Origin: a bacterium
GTDB lineage: Bacteria; SAR324; XYD2-FULL-50-16; G965216635
DNA: 64,000 nucleotides
Assembly (NCBI GenBank): GCA_965216635.1
Contig: OZ244188.1
Coordinates: forward strand, 384,001 to 448,000
Direction: 5' to 3'
Part shown: positions 19,799 through 29,827 of the stretch, piece after piece
Layout of the letters: each line of letters starts with the position of its first letter
Numbering within the stretch: the first letter of the stretch is position 1
Position numbers and translations under genes: made by a program
The notes under the pieces: model-generated
The model's input: the letters and a program-made list of their open reading frames with translations, nothing else
The model's database searches: none
Told to the model about the DNA's origin: nothing

Positions 19799-20869
19799 CT
19801 ATTTTCTAGGTAAAAAAGCATTGGATTCCCAAAGATCGTATCCTTTACGGAAAGTTTCTAAGTGTTCATAAACCTCTGCAAAGAAAGGATCTTTCTTTTG
19901 CTCCTTAAGAACTTCTTCCCAAGAATCTCTAAAGGCTTTTAACATTTTTGGACTCCATTTTTTAATTATCACTCCTCTTTCTTCAGCATTCTTTTTCAAA
20001 ACAGGAAATTGATCTGCCTCTCCTTGAGCCAAACTTTCCAAAGTAGCTGCTTTACAAGCAACTTCTAGTGTTTTTTGATGCTGTTCAGACAAGTCGTTCC
20101 AAACATCTTTATTTACAAGAAACTCAAAGTTAGTGGCTTGCTGATGCCAACCGGGAAAATAGTTGTATTTTACTATTTTGTAGAAGCCCAACTTTGTGTC
20201 TACAGCAGGCAAAGAAAATTCAGATGCATTCAAAACTTTCTTTTCTAGTGCTGGAAATATTTCCCCACCAGGTAGAAGTTGAACTGCCGCACCTAAATTC
20301 TCCACAACTTTTCCTCCCAAACCAAAAAAACGAATTTTTAATCCTTTAAAATCGCTAGGAGAAGTAATAGGTTTTTCAAACCAACCTGAAGTTTCTGGGG
20401 GTGACATACCGCATTGGAGAACTTTCACATTAAAACCATTTTCATCGTACATTCTTTGCTGTAATTGTAGACCTCCTCCGTGATGAAACCAAGCTAAATA
20501 CTCGGGAGCTTCAGGTCCAAATGGAATAGCAGCAAAAAGAGGAGCTGCTGGCATTTTTCCAGCCCAATAGCCGGGAGTAGCATAGCCCGCCTCTACTTTT
20601 CCTGAAGAAACCGCATCTAAAATTTCAAAAGGTTTCACTAGTTTACCTGGCTCAAAATACTTTACTTCTAAAGAGCCTCCAGAGATTCCTTTAACGAAAT
20701 CACTAACATAGATGATTGTATTTCCTAAACTAGGTAAGGAAGTATTAAAAGCAACAGGAGTTTTCAAAATAATTGTTTTGCCTGATGTTTTTTCTTGTCC
20801 ATCTTCTTTTACACAAGAAAATAGAAAAAAAACAGAAAAACAAAGTAAAACATAAGTGAGTTTTTTCAT
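19799..20869 (-). CDS. dctP: TRAP substrate-binding lipoprotein (TakP-like, monocarboxylate)
   Basis: Lipobox; GYWAGK, GLKIRFFG and PGWHQ motifs. Confidence 0.88.
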   Translation of the reverse strand: MKKLTYVLLCFSVFFLFSCVKEDGQEKTSGKTIILKTPVAFNTSLPSLGNTIIYVSDFVKGISGGSLEVKYFEPGKLVKPFEILDAVSSGKVEAGYATPGYWAGKMPAAPLFAAIPFGPEAPEYLAWFHHGGGLQLQQRMYDENGFNVKVLQCGMSPPETSGWFEKPITSPSDFKGLKIRFFGLGGKVVENLGAAVQLLPGGEIFPALEKKVLNASEFSLPAVDTKLGFYKIVKYNYFPGWHQQATNFEFLVNKDVWNDLSEQHQKTLEVACKAATLESLAQGEADQFPVLKKNAEERGVIIKKWSPKMLKAFRDSWEEVLKEQKKDPFFAEVYEHLETFRKGYDLWESNAFLPRK

Positions 20870-21085
20870 GTTTAATAATAATTAAGATTAATATAACAAA
20901 CGAAAATTAAAGTTAAAAATCACAGAATATCAAAAAATCTTTGCAATTTTAAACTTTTAATTAAGCCATTCAATAATGATAAAAAAATAAATAAAAGTCA
21001 AGAAATTATACTTATAAAACAAGTTTCTTAAAATTTTTATCTTAAAATCTAGGACTGAGTCGCAGCTAATCCAAAAAACATCAGA

Positions 21086-21967
21086 TTACAGGTAATTTTT
21101 TTGAATTACAGAAAAATCTAAATCTCCATTTCCTTGAGCTGTGATTTTTTGATAGAGTTTTCTCGCTAAATCTCCCAAAGGAGTTTGAGCGTTCCCCCTT
21201 TTTTTTATTTTTTCTGCCAACAGTAAATCTTTGAGCATCAATTTGCTTAAAAAACCATTTTGATAGTTTTTACTTGCGGGAGCATTTTTCATTACTTGGG
21301 GATAAGGGTTATAAACTTCCAAAGCCCAGTTGCCGCCCGAACTTTTTCTCATTATTTCTGATATTACTTTGGGATCAACACCGTTTGCTACGGCTAGTGC
21401 GATGGTTTCTGCAGTTCCGCACATTAAAATAGCAGCAAGCATGTTGTTGCAAAGTTTAGCAGTTTGACCAAAGCTGTTTTTACCTGCATGGAACATATTT
21501 TTCCCCATTTTAGATAAAACAACCTTTGCTTTTTCAAAATCTTTTTTAGCACCGCCTACAATAAAAGTTAGCTTGCCGTGTTTAGCTCCTTCAGTTCCTC
21601 CAGAAACAGGAGCGTCTAAAATTGCAATACCTAAATTTTTAGCAGCCAAAGCAATTTTTTTTGTCGTTTCAGGAGAAATAGTAGAACAGTCTATTACAAG
21701 AGTCTTTGATTGAATTTTTTGTAGAATGCCCGCTTCACTTAAGTAAAGCTCTTCTACCTGCTTACTAGTTTGTAACATACTAATCAGCAAATCCACATTT
21801 TCTGTGGTTTCTACAGCACTTTTGGCGGCAATGATGCCTTTTTTTTGAGCTTTTTTTACAGTAGCATCCTCAATATCAAAACCCACTACAGAGAAACCAG
21901 ATTTTACGAGGTTGCTTGCCATAGGCAAACCCATATTTCCTAATCCTATAAAGCCTATTTTTTTCAT
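21086..21967 (-). CDS. mmsB: 3-hydroxyisobutyrate dehydrogenase
   Basis: GFIGLGNMG, DAPVSGG, KLCNN and YNPYP motifs. Confidence 0.9.
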   Translation of the reverse strand: MKKIGFIGLGNMGLPMASNLVKSGFSVVGFDIEDATVKKAQKKGIIAAKSAVETTENVDLLISMLQTSKQVEELYLSEAGILQKIQSKTLVIDCSTISPETTKKIALAAKNLGIAILDAPVSGGTEGAKHGKLTFIVGGAKKDFEKAKVVLSKMGKNMFHAGKNSFGQTAKLCNNMLAAILMCGTAETIALAVANGVDPKVISEIMRKSSGGNWALEVYNPYPQVMKNAPASKNYQNGFLSKLMLKDLLLAEKIKKRGNAQTPLGDLARKLYQKITAQGNGDLDFSVIQKNYL

Positions 21968-22407
21968 TTTGTTTTTGTTAGTTCGTTAATTAAATAAAAA
22001 ATGGAACGATAAGTAATGGGAGAATAGTAATTTAAACCTAGCTCACAGGTAGTAGAACTAGAATATCCTTCTTTGCATTTTTTAGGAATTTCAGATGCTA
22101 GTTTTGATAAAGCAGAATGGACTAACTCGGGATATTGAAATATCTTGTCTCCAGCAACTCCACAACAGCTCACAGAGGGAGGAATAATTACTTCTGTTGA
22201 AAGCAAAGAAGCAATTTTTTTGAATCTTTCGTCAAGACCCATTTTATACAGACTGCATACTGGATGAATTGAAATCATTTTTTTCTTTTTTTTGATTTTT
22301 AATTTAGGGAGCACATATTTGTCTAAAATTTCTATAGAATCGTTAATATTCCAACCTTTTTCATTTAATTTTTCTTTAAGGAACATACTGCAAGGGCTAG
22401 TATCACA
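21780..22407. repeat. 628-bp direct repeat, copy 1
   Basis: Near-identical to 25504-26131 (offset 3724). Confidence 0.95.
21964..22407 (-). pseudogene. 3' fragment of the FAD/Fe-S lactate dehydrogenase (duplicated piece)
   Basis: Near-identical to the C-terminus of 25688..28495. Confidence 0.85.
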
Positions 22408-22416
22408 CAATAAAAT

Positions 22417-22924
22417 AATTTTTTGTAGGATGTCAAATATTGACTTATAAAGATACTGTGAGACTATTGAATTAGACATTCTAGTTCAGCTATACTGCGT
22501 TGCTTAAATTTTTTATCACTCAAAATACTTCAGTATTCCTCTTGGGTAAAAAATTTTCGCGCCTTGTCTAGCTTTCCTATAATACCTAATTCAAAAGTCT
22601 CACTGTATTTTCTTATAGATTTTTAGCTTTATTTTAATTTTTTTATTGACAAAAACAATTTTTTGTAGGATGCCAAGTATTGACTTATAAAGATACTGTA
22701 TTTTATTATAGATTTTTAGCTTTATTTTAATTTTTTTATTGACAAAAACAATTTTTTGTAGGATGCCAAGTATTGACTTATAAGGATACTGTATTTTCTT
22801 ATAGATTTTTAGCTTTATTTTAATTTTTTTATTGACAAAAACAATTTTTTGTAGGATGTTAATTATTGACTTATAAGGATATTGTATTTTCTTATAGATT
22901 TTTATCTTTATTTTAATTTTTTTA
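22417..22924. repeat. 93-bp tandem repeat, about 4 copies; first copy interrupted by a MITE
   Basis: gtaggatg at 22425, 22665, 22758 and 22851; the first gap of 240 = 93 + 142 + 5. Confidence 0.95.
22460..22601. mobile_element. MITE-like element (142 bp), target-site duplication actgt, with empty sites in neighbouring repeat units
   Basis: gagactattgaattag ... ctaattcaaaagtctc; actgt on both sides. Confidence 0.92.
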
Positions 22925-22939
22925 GGAGAGAAAACTATT

Positions 22940-23335
22940 GTGGCTAAAATAATTCATACGATGCTGCGAGTCTTGGATGAGGAACGATCAGTTAATTTCT
23001 ATGATAAAGCATTTGGTTTGAAAGTATCGCATAGGTTGGATTTTGAAGACTTTACACTTGTTTACCTGTGCAATGACAAAAGTGATTTTGAAGTAGAATT
23101 AACTATTAATAAGGGACAAAAAGATCCATATAATTTAGGAAATGGATACGGTCATTTTGCAGTTTGTGTTGATGATATAGACGTAGAACACGCAAGGTTT
23201 AGCAAAGAAGGGTTTAACCCGAAAGAAGTTGTTCACTTTAAAGACGGAAAAAAGCACATTGCAAAGTTTTTTTTTGTTAGTGACCCAGATGGCTATAAGA
23301 TAGAGGTTTTACAGAAAGATGATTATTATAGGTAA
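22940..23335 (+). CDS. VOC/glyoxalase I family protein
   Basis: HTMLRV, ELTIN, GYGHFA and DPDGYKIE motifs. Confidence 0.9.
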   Translation: MAKIIHTMLRVLDEERSVNFYDKAFGLKVSHRLDFEDFTLVYLCNDKSDFEVELTINKGQKDPYNLGNGYGHFAVCVDDIDVEHARFSKEGFNPKEVVHFKDGKKHIAKFFFVSDPDGYKIEVLQKDDYYR

Positions 23336-23365
23336 TTATGTAACAATATTGAAGAGGTAAATATT

Positions 23366-23899
23366 ATGACAATGACAAAAGAAATTGAAGCCGTAGTAAC
23401 GAAACCCATCCATGGAATAACACGCAGAAACCTACTAAAAGGTACGGTGGCTTTAGGGATGTTTAGTATTGGTGGTGGTTTTATAGCTTCCCTCAATGCT
23501 GTATGGGCTTTGGAAGTAAAAAAACTCAAACCTCAAACAATGGCAACACTGGTGCAGATGGCACGAGATATATATCCGCATAACCACTTGGCGATAGAAT
23601 ATTATGTTACTGCTGTGAAAGGATATGATACTGCTAAGAAAAAAGTAATGACAGAAAAGGGTATTACTAAACTTAATAAAATTGCTGGTGGCAGTTATCT
23701 TTCTGTAGGTTGGGAAAAAGATCGTGTTGCTATCTTAACCTCCATAGAGGATGAAGAATTTTTTCAAACAATCAGAGGTGGTTTGGTAACAGGTCTTTAT
23801 AATCAAAAAACAGTTTGGCCATTATTTGGATATGAGGGAGAATCCTATTCTAAAGGTGGTTATCTTAAACGAGGGTTTGATGATATAAAGTGGCTTTAA
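23366..23899 (+). CDS. Tat-exported gluconate 2-dehydrogenase subunit-3-like protein
   Basis: TRRNLL twin-arginine signal; ARDIYPH; WPLFGYEG; adjacent GMC gene. Confidence 0.75.
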   Translation: MTMTKEIEAVVTKPIHGITRRNLLKGTVALGMFSIGGGFIASLNAVWALEVKKLKPQTMATLVQMARDIYPHNHLAIEYYVTAVKGYDTAKKKVMTEKGITKLNKIAGGSYLSVGWEKDRVAILTSIEDEEFFQTIRGGLVTGLYNQKTVWPLFGYEGESYSKGGYLKRGFDDIKWL

Positions 23900-23926
23900 T
23901 ATTTAAAACTAAAGGAGTATGTGATT

Positions 23927-25498
23927 ATGGTAACTAAATTTAATAAGACTGATGATAATGTTGTGGTTGTAGTTGGTACTGGTGCTGGCGGTGGTGTATT
24001 AGCCAATGAACTAGCACAGAAGGGTGTAAAAGTAGTCGCATTTGAAGCTGGTGGTAGGTATTTACCTAAGGATTATGTTAATGATGAATGGGCAAGTTTT
24101 GGTCAGCTTGCTTGGGTAGATAAAAGAACGACAAGTGGAGATTGGCGGGTTGCTAAAGATTTTTCTGGACTACCTGCATGGATTGTGAAAGCGGTTGGAG
24201 GAACGACAGTTCATTGGGCTGGAGCATCACTGCGGTTTCAAAGACACGAGTTTAAAATAAAAACAATTTATGGTAATGTCAGAGGTGCAAACTTATTAGA
24301 CTGGCCAATAAGTCTAGCTGACCTTAAACCGTATTACAATAAGGCAGAAAAAAAATTGGGTGTTACCCGTACTAATAATATTAAGGGATTGCCTGAGAGC
24401 AATAACTACAAAGTTTTTGAAACAGGAGCTAAAAAATTAGGCTACAAGCAAGTGAATACAGGGCGTATGGCAATCAACAGCAAAACTTATGATGGGCGTC
24501 CTGCCTGCCAACAAACAGGTTTTTGCTTTCAAGGCTGTAAATGGGGTGCTAAATGGTCTTCAGCGTATACAGATATTCCAAGAGGAGAAGCCACTGGAAA
24601 ACTTGAAGTTAGAGAACATAGCCATGTTGCAAAGATCAACCACAATAAACAAGGTAAAGTAAATGGCATTGTTTATTTTGATAGCAAAGGTAAAAGACAT
24701 TTACAAAAAGCGAGAGTAGTCTGTGTTGCTGGTAATTCTTTTGAGAGCCCTCGTTTATTGCTCAATTCTGCATCCAATATGTTTCCTGAAGGGCTTGCTA
24801 ACAGCTCTGGAATGGTGGGTAAAAATTATATGCGTCACATGACAGGATCTGTTTACGCTATTTTTGAAAAACCTGTTAAAATGTGGCGTGGTACAACCAT
24901 GGCTGGTATTATTCAGGACGAATCTAAACATAATCCAAAAAGAGGGTTTTTTGGTGGTTACGAAATGGAGACTGTATCCTTAGGATTGCCGTTCATGGCA
25001 GCATTTCTAAATCCTGGAGCGTGGGGGCGTGAATTCACATCAACGCTTGATTCTTACGAAAATATGGCTGGTATGTGGTTAGTTGGCGAAGATATGCCAC
25101 AGGAAAGCAACCGAGTAACATTGAGTGATAAAGTAAAAGATCAGTGGGGATTACCAGTAGTTAATGTTAACTACTCGGACCATCCCAACGATATTGCGAT
25201 GCGTAAGCACGCGTATCGTCAAGGACAAGCAATCTATAAAGCCGTCGGTGCAATACGCACATATCCTACACCGCCCTACCCTTCAACTCACAATCTTGGC
25301 ACAAATCGTATGTCTATGAAACCAAGAGATGGTGTAGTAAATCAATGGGGTCAATCACACGATATTGACAATTTATTTATTTCAGATGGCAGTCAATTTA
25401 CCACAAGTGCTGCTGAAAATCCAACTCTGACTATTGTTGCTTTAGCAATTAGACAAGCAGATCGTCTTGCAAGTGAGCTTTCAAAGGGGAATTTGTAA
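23927..25498 (+). CDS. GMC-family FAD oxidoreductase
   Basis: VVVVGTGAGGG, VGGTTVHW, HNLGT and NPTLTIVALA motifs. Confidence 0.92.
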   Translation: MVTKFNKTDDNVVVVVGTGAGGGVLANELAQKGVKVVAFEAGGRYLPKDYVNDEWASFGQLAWVDKRTTSGDWRVAKDFSGLPAWIVKAVGGTTVHWAGASLRFQRHEFKIKTIYGNVRGANLLDWPISLADLKPYYNKAEKKLGVTRTNNIKGLPESNNYKVFETGAKKLGYKQVNTGRMAINSKTYDGRPACQQTGFCFQGCKWGAKWSSAYTDIPRGEATGKLEVREHSHVAKINHNKQGKVNGIVYFDSKGKRHLQKARVVCVAGNSFESPRLLLNSASNMFPEGLANSSGMVGKNYMRHMTGSVYAIFEKPVKMWRGTTMAGIIQDESKHNPKRGFFGGYEMETVSLGLPFMAAFLNPGAWGREFTSTLDSYENMAGMWLVGEDMPQESNRVTLSDKVKDQWGLPVVNVNYSDHPNDIAMRKHAYRQGQAIYKAVGAIRTYPTPPYPSTHNLGTNRMSMKPRDGVVNQWGQSHDIDNLFISDGSQFTTSAAENPTLTIVALAIRQADRLASELSKGNL

Positions 25499-25503
25499 CC
25501 ATC

Positions 25504-25691
25504 CTAATCAGCAAATCCACATTTTCTGTGGTTTCTACAGCACTTTTGGCGGCAATGATGCCTTTTTTTTGAGCTTTTTTTACAGCAGCATCCTCAATAT
25601 CAAAACCCACTACAGAGAAACCAGATTTTACGAGGTTGCTTGCCATAGGCAAACCCATATTTCCTAATCCTATAAAGCCTATTTTTTTCAT
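25504..25691 (-). pseudogene. 5' fragment of mmsB (duplicated piece)
   Basis: Matches the first ~62 codons of mmsB, then diverges. Confidence 0.85.
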
Positions 25692-26131
25692 TTTGTTTTT
25701 GTTAGTTCGTTAATTAAATAAAAAATGGAACGATAAGTAATGGGAGAATAGTAATTTAAACCTAGCTCACAGGTAGTAGAACTAGAATATCCTTCTTTGC
25801 ATTTTTTAGGAATTTCAGATGCTAGCTTTGATAAAGCAGAATGGACTAACTCGGGATATTGAAATATCTTGTCTCCAGCAACTCCACAACAGCTCACAGA
25901 GGGAGGAATAATTACTTCTGTTGAAAGCAAAGAAGCAATTTTTTTGAATCTTTCGTCAAGACCCATCTTATACAGACTGCATACTGGATGAATTGAAATC
26001 ATTTTTTTCTTTTTTTTGATTTTTAATTTTGAGAGCACATATTTGTCTAAAATTTCTATAGAATCGTTAATATTCCAACCTTTTTTATTTAATTTTTCTT
26101 TAAGGAACATACTGCAAGGGCTAGTATCACA
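25504..26131. repeat. 628-bp direct repeat, copy 2
   Basis: Near-identical to 21780-22407. Confidence 0.95.
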
Positions 26132-28495
26132 AAGTAAAGGGATTGTTTTATCTCCCAGTAATTTTAAATTTTTTTCAACCTTTTTTACTTGGTAATCTGC
26201 AGCTTCTTTATAGCCTTTAGATTCAAAAGCTTTACCACAACAAATACGATTATAATTTGGTAACAAGATTACTTGATAGCCTGCCCGTTCTAAAACTTCA
26301 ATTGTGGTATCCACTAAGGATGCAAGTTTTATTTTGGAAGTAGGCAGTATAGTCTGAGAAATACAACTAGGAAAATAAATAATTTTTTGTAAATTGCTGG
26401 AGAGTTTAGGTTGAAGTTTTTGTTTTGTCCTCAAAGGTAGATTTTTTCCTAGAGCCAAAAGAGAAAGACTACGACCTGCAGTGGGTAGTTTTTTTTTCGC
26501 AAAACGAGAAATGTTTTTTAATAAATCCTTAGTAAGAGTGGTTTTTTGTATTTCTTCTAGGAGACTCAAAGTGATTTTAATTCCCGTTTTAGCGGTGGAA
26601 AAATTTTTAGAGATACTACCCGCTAGTTTTTTGGAAATAGGAGAATTTTTTTCACTACGAAACTTTCGGATAAAAACTCCAGTATCAATCTGCATAGGAC
26701 AAAGACTTTGGCAAAGTCCACAGCTAGTGCAAGTAGCTTCACCAAAATAATTATAACTTTTAAGGAGAGTTTTTTTTTCAGCAGCTTCCAAGGATTGTAG
26801 GTTTCTTAAAACAGAAATTCGTTGTCTCGGGCTGAAGGTTATATTTACAGAAGGACATATTCTTTCGCAAAAACCGCATTCTGTGCATTTATCTAACAAA
26901 GCATCTATGGGGGGAACGGTTTTAAAATTTTTGAGATAAATCTTTTTATCTTCGTTTAAAAGCACCCCCGGATTGAGTATGTTTTGAGGATCCATAATTT
27001 TTTTCAGACGCTGCATAATGCAGTAAGCAGCATTTCCCCACTCTTTTTCTACAAAAGGAGCAGTATTTCTACCTGTGCCGTGTTCTGCTTTTAATGAACC
27101 TTGATAACGAAAAACCAATGCTGCTAATTTTTCGTTAAAAATCTCAAATTGCTTTATTTCTTTTTTACTTTCAAAAGACTGTGAAATCACAAAGTGGATA
27201 TTTCCAGCCAGAGCATGCCCGAAAATAACACCTTTATAGCCACATTCTTTTATAATCTTTTGTATTCCCAAAACTCCCTTGTCTAAATTTTGAATAGGAA
27301 AAGCAACATCTTCAATAAAAGCAGTGCTGCCTGTACTGCGCATAGCACCCACAGAAGGATAGAGTCCCTTACGGAGTTCCCAAAGTTCTGTAAACTGAGT
27401 TGTTTTATTGGAAGTAAAAAAGATAGAAGAAGTAGGTTGGAAAAGTTGAATTTTTTGAAAAATTTTCTGTTCTTGTTTTGCTAAATCTTTTTTGCTAGTA
27501 GCAGATGTTTGAATGAGTAAAGCAGCGCATTGATCGTTTGGCAATTTCACATTTTTCATTATGGGTCTATCTATCACTGCCTGCAAGGATAAGTAATCCA
27601 ATAGCTCTACTGCATCTACTGGTGTTGGTTGGAGTGCTTGGACTAATTGCGTGGTTTTTTTAATATCCTTTAAGATAAAAAAGCCCACTGATTTATGAGG
27701 CAAATCGGGGAAGCATGAAAAACAGGCTTTAGCAATAAACCCAAGAGTACCCTCTGAGCCTACAAATAAATGTTTTAAAATATCTATGGGATCTTCAAAA
27801 TCTAAAAATGAGTTGATGGCATAACCCATCGTATTTTTAATGAGATATTTGCGTCTAATTAAATCTATTAGTTCTGGGCTCGCTAAAATTTCTGTTTTTA
27901 GCTTCATCAAATTTGCTAATAAATCAGCTTTTTTTCGCCTAAATTCTGCAATATTTTTTTTATCAGCTGTGTCCAAAAGAGTGCCATCTTCTAAAAGCAC
28001 TCGTATCTGTTTTAAGGTGTGATAACTATTGAACTTTACTCCGCAGCACATTCCACTAGCGTTATTTGCTAGAATTCCTCCTATATGGGCAGCGTCAATG
28101 GAAGAAGGATCGGGACCTATTTTTTGAGAATAAGGAATTAATAAGTGGTTGACTTCACTTCCTGTAAGTGCTGGTTCTACCCAAATTTCATTTTTTGAGG
28201 CGATGTACTCACTCTTTTTCCAACTAGGGGTAAGGATAACAATTACCGAATCGCTGAGAGCTTGACCTACTAAACTAGTGCCAGCTCCGCGAAAAGTAAT
28301 ACTTACTTGATTAAACTTAGCAATCTGCAACAAAAGTTGCACTTCTTTTTCTGTATCTGCCTTTAAAACGAGTTTGGGAAATAATGTATAATGGCTAGCA
28401 TCAGTACTATACGCCATTCTTTGAATTTTGGATTGTAAAATCCTCTCAGCTGGAAAGACTTGTTTTATACTTTCTAAAAAACTTTCAAAATACAT
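25688..28495 (-). CDS. FAD-binding / Fe-S oxidoreductase (Dld-II-type D-lactate dehydrogenase)
   Basis: FRGAGTSL, GPDPSS, GSEGTLG and KAEHGTG motifs; two CxxCxxCxxxCP; CCG domains. Confidence 0.85.
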   Translation of the reverse strand: MYFESFLESIKQVFPAERILQSKIQRMAYSTDASHYTLFPKLVLKADTEKEVQLLLQIAKFNQVSITFRGAGTSLVGQALSDSVIVILTPSWKKSEYIASKNEIWVEPALTGSEVNHLLIPYSQKIGPDPSSIDAAHIGGILANNASGMCCGVKFNSYHTLKQIRVLLEDGTLLDTADKKNIAEFRRKKADLLANLMKLKTEILASPELIDLIRRKYLIKNTMGYAINSFLDFEDPIDILKHLFVGSEGTLGFIAKACFSCFPDLPHKSVGFFILKDIKKTTQLVQALQPTPVDAVELLDYLSLQAVIDRPIMKNVKLPNDQCAALLIQTSATSKKDLAKQEQKIFQKIQLFQPTSSIFFTSNKTTQFTELWELRKGLYPSVGAMRSTGSTAFIEDVAFPIQNLDKGVLGIQKIIKECGYKGVIFGHALAGNIHFVISQSFESKKEIKQFEIFNEKLAALVFRYQGSLKAEHGTGRNTAPFVEKEWGNAAYCIMQRLKKIMDPQNILNPGVLLNEDKKIYLKNFKTVPPIDALLDKCTECGFCERICPSVNITFSPRQRISVLRNLQSLEAAEKKTLLKSYNYFGEATCTSCGLCQSLCPMQIDTGVFIRKFRSEKNSPISKKLAGSISKNFSTAKTGIKITLSLLEEIQKTTLTKDLLKNISRFAKKKLPTAGRSLSLLALGKNLPLRTKQKLQPKLSSNLQKIIYFPSCISQTILPTSKIKLASLVDTTIEVLERAGYQVILLPNYNRICCGKAFESKGYKEAADYQVKKVEKNLKLLGDKTIPLLCDTSPCSMFLKEKLNKKGWNINDSIEILDKYVLSKLKIKKKKKMISIHPVCSLYKMGLDERFKKIASLLSTEVIIPPSVSCCGVAGDKIFQYPELVHSALSKLASEIPKKCKEGYSSSTTCELGLNYYSPITYRSIFYLINELTKTK

Positions 28496-28549
28496 TTAAA
28501 AATTCTCGTCTTATTTATAAGCTCTTTTCTAGTTTATAGCCTATTGAGC

Positions 28550-29356
28550 CTACTGGCTAGTCCAACCTCCATCAATAGATAAAGCAGCTCCTGTAAGAGC
28601 GGCCGCTTCGGGACTGCATAAATAAAGCACTAAACTAGCAATTTCTTCTTTTTGCACAAATCTTCCTATAGGCTGAGCTTTTAAGATTATCTGAGAAATC
28701 ACATCTTCCTCGGAAATACCTCTTATTTTTGCTGTATCTGGGATCTGTTTATCTATTAAGGGGGTGCGAACATATCCCGGACAAATAGCATTTACTGTAA
28801 TATTATCTTTTACTAGCTCCAAAGCAGTAGATTTTGTGAACCCTACAACACCGTGTTTTGCTGCTACATAAGCCGATTTAAAAGGAGAAGCAACTAGCCC
28901 GTGAGCCGATGAAATGTTAATAATTCTACCATAACCTTTTTTTCTCATATTCGGAACTGCCAGTTTTGTAGTGTGAAAAGTTGCTGAAAGAGTAACCGCA
29001 ATGATATTATCCCATTTTTCTGTAGGAAATTCATCCACAGGTGAGACGAACTGAACGCCTGCATTGTTTACTAATATATCAGGTAAGAATTGTTTTTTGT
29101 GAGCTTCTTCAAATAGATTTTTTATTTGTTCTGGATCTGTAAGATCCGCTCCGTGATAAATAACTTCGCTATTGTATTCTTGTTCTAACTGTGTGCGAGT
29201 TTTTTCAATGTTATCTTTTTCTCCTAATCCATTAAGAATAAGTTTTGCTCCCGATTTTACAAGAGCTTTAGCGATTCCTAACCCGATTCCTTGTGTAGAA
29301 CCAGTAACGAAAGCAACTTTTCCTGCGAGAGGTTTTTTTTTGTTTTCTGAATTCAA
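28550..29356 (-). CDS. bdhA: 3-hydroxybutyrate dehydrogenase (SDR); probable TTG start near 29356
   Basis: TGSTQGIG, NNAG, SAHGLVASPFKSAYVAAKHG motifs. Confidence 0.88.
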   Translation of the reverse strand: MNSENKKKPLAGKVAFVTGSTQGIGLGIAKALVKSGAKLILNGLGEKDNIEKTRTQLEQEYNSEVIYHGADLTDPEQIKNLFEEAHKKQFLPDILVNNAGVQFVSPVDEFPTEKWDNIIAVTLSATFHTTKLAVPNMRKKGYGRIINISSAHGLVASPFKSAYVAAKHGVVGFTKSTALELVKDNITVNAICPGYVRTPLIDKQIPDTAKIRGISEEDVISQIILKAQPIGRFVQKEEIASLVLYLCSPEAAALTGAALSIDGGWTSQ

Positions 29357-29496
29357 AATAAAAAGTAGTTTTGTTAAAATAAATATAATAGCAACAATTA
29401 AAGTATAAATAATATTCTTTTGCAAGATAATAGTTAAACAATTTTCGTGATAGAGATTTTTTTTGTTTTGGGGTATTATAATTAGTAATAGATTTT

Positions 29497-29785
29497 GAGA
29501 CCTTTGAATTTGCCAAATAGGACAAAACCAGCTGTGACGGCTAGCCAAATGGTTAGAACAGGTGCAAAAAAAAATTTTAGCTCGCTGGAATACTGGAGAG
29601 CATTTCTTCACAAATGGCAAGAGTTAAAATTTTTTTTTAATGGCGTAGTGCAAAACACTAAACCCTAGCATTGTTTATACAAATGGACTGAAAAAGTGCT
29701 AAAAAGCACTTTTTCTATAGCACAGAAGCAGTTTAAGCAAGAAGCTTGCTTTGGCTAAACTTTGGTAAGCTAATTCAAAGGTCTC
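29497..29785. mobile_element. MITE-like element (289 bp), target-site duplication atttt
   Basis: gagacctttgaatt ... aattcaaaggtctc; atttt on both sides. Confidence 0.88.
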
Positions 29786-29827
29786 ATTTTTTCTTTTACC
29801 CCAAAAATTTGATACATTTTTCAAAAA

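Noticed and set aside
22417..22924. 93-bp repeats as a CRISPR array
   Set aside because: Units are contiguous with no unique spacers, and there are no cas genes in the window.
29357..29620. N-terminal extension of the 3-hydroxybutyrate dehydrogenase ORF
   Set aside because: It runs through AT-rich intergenic DNA and a MITE; the SDR domain starts near 29356.
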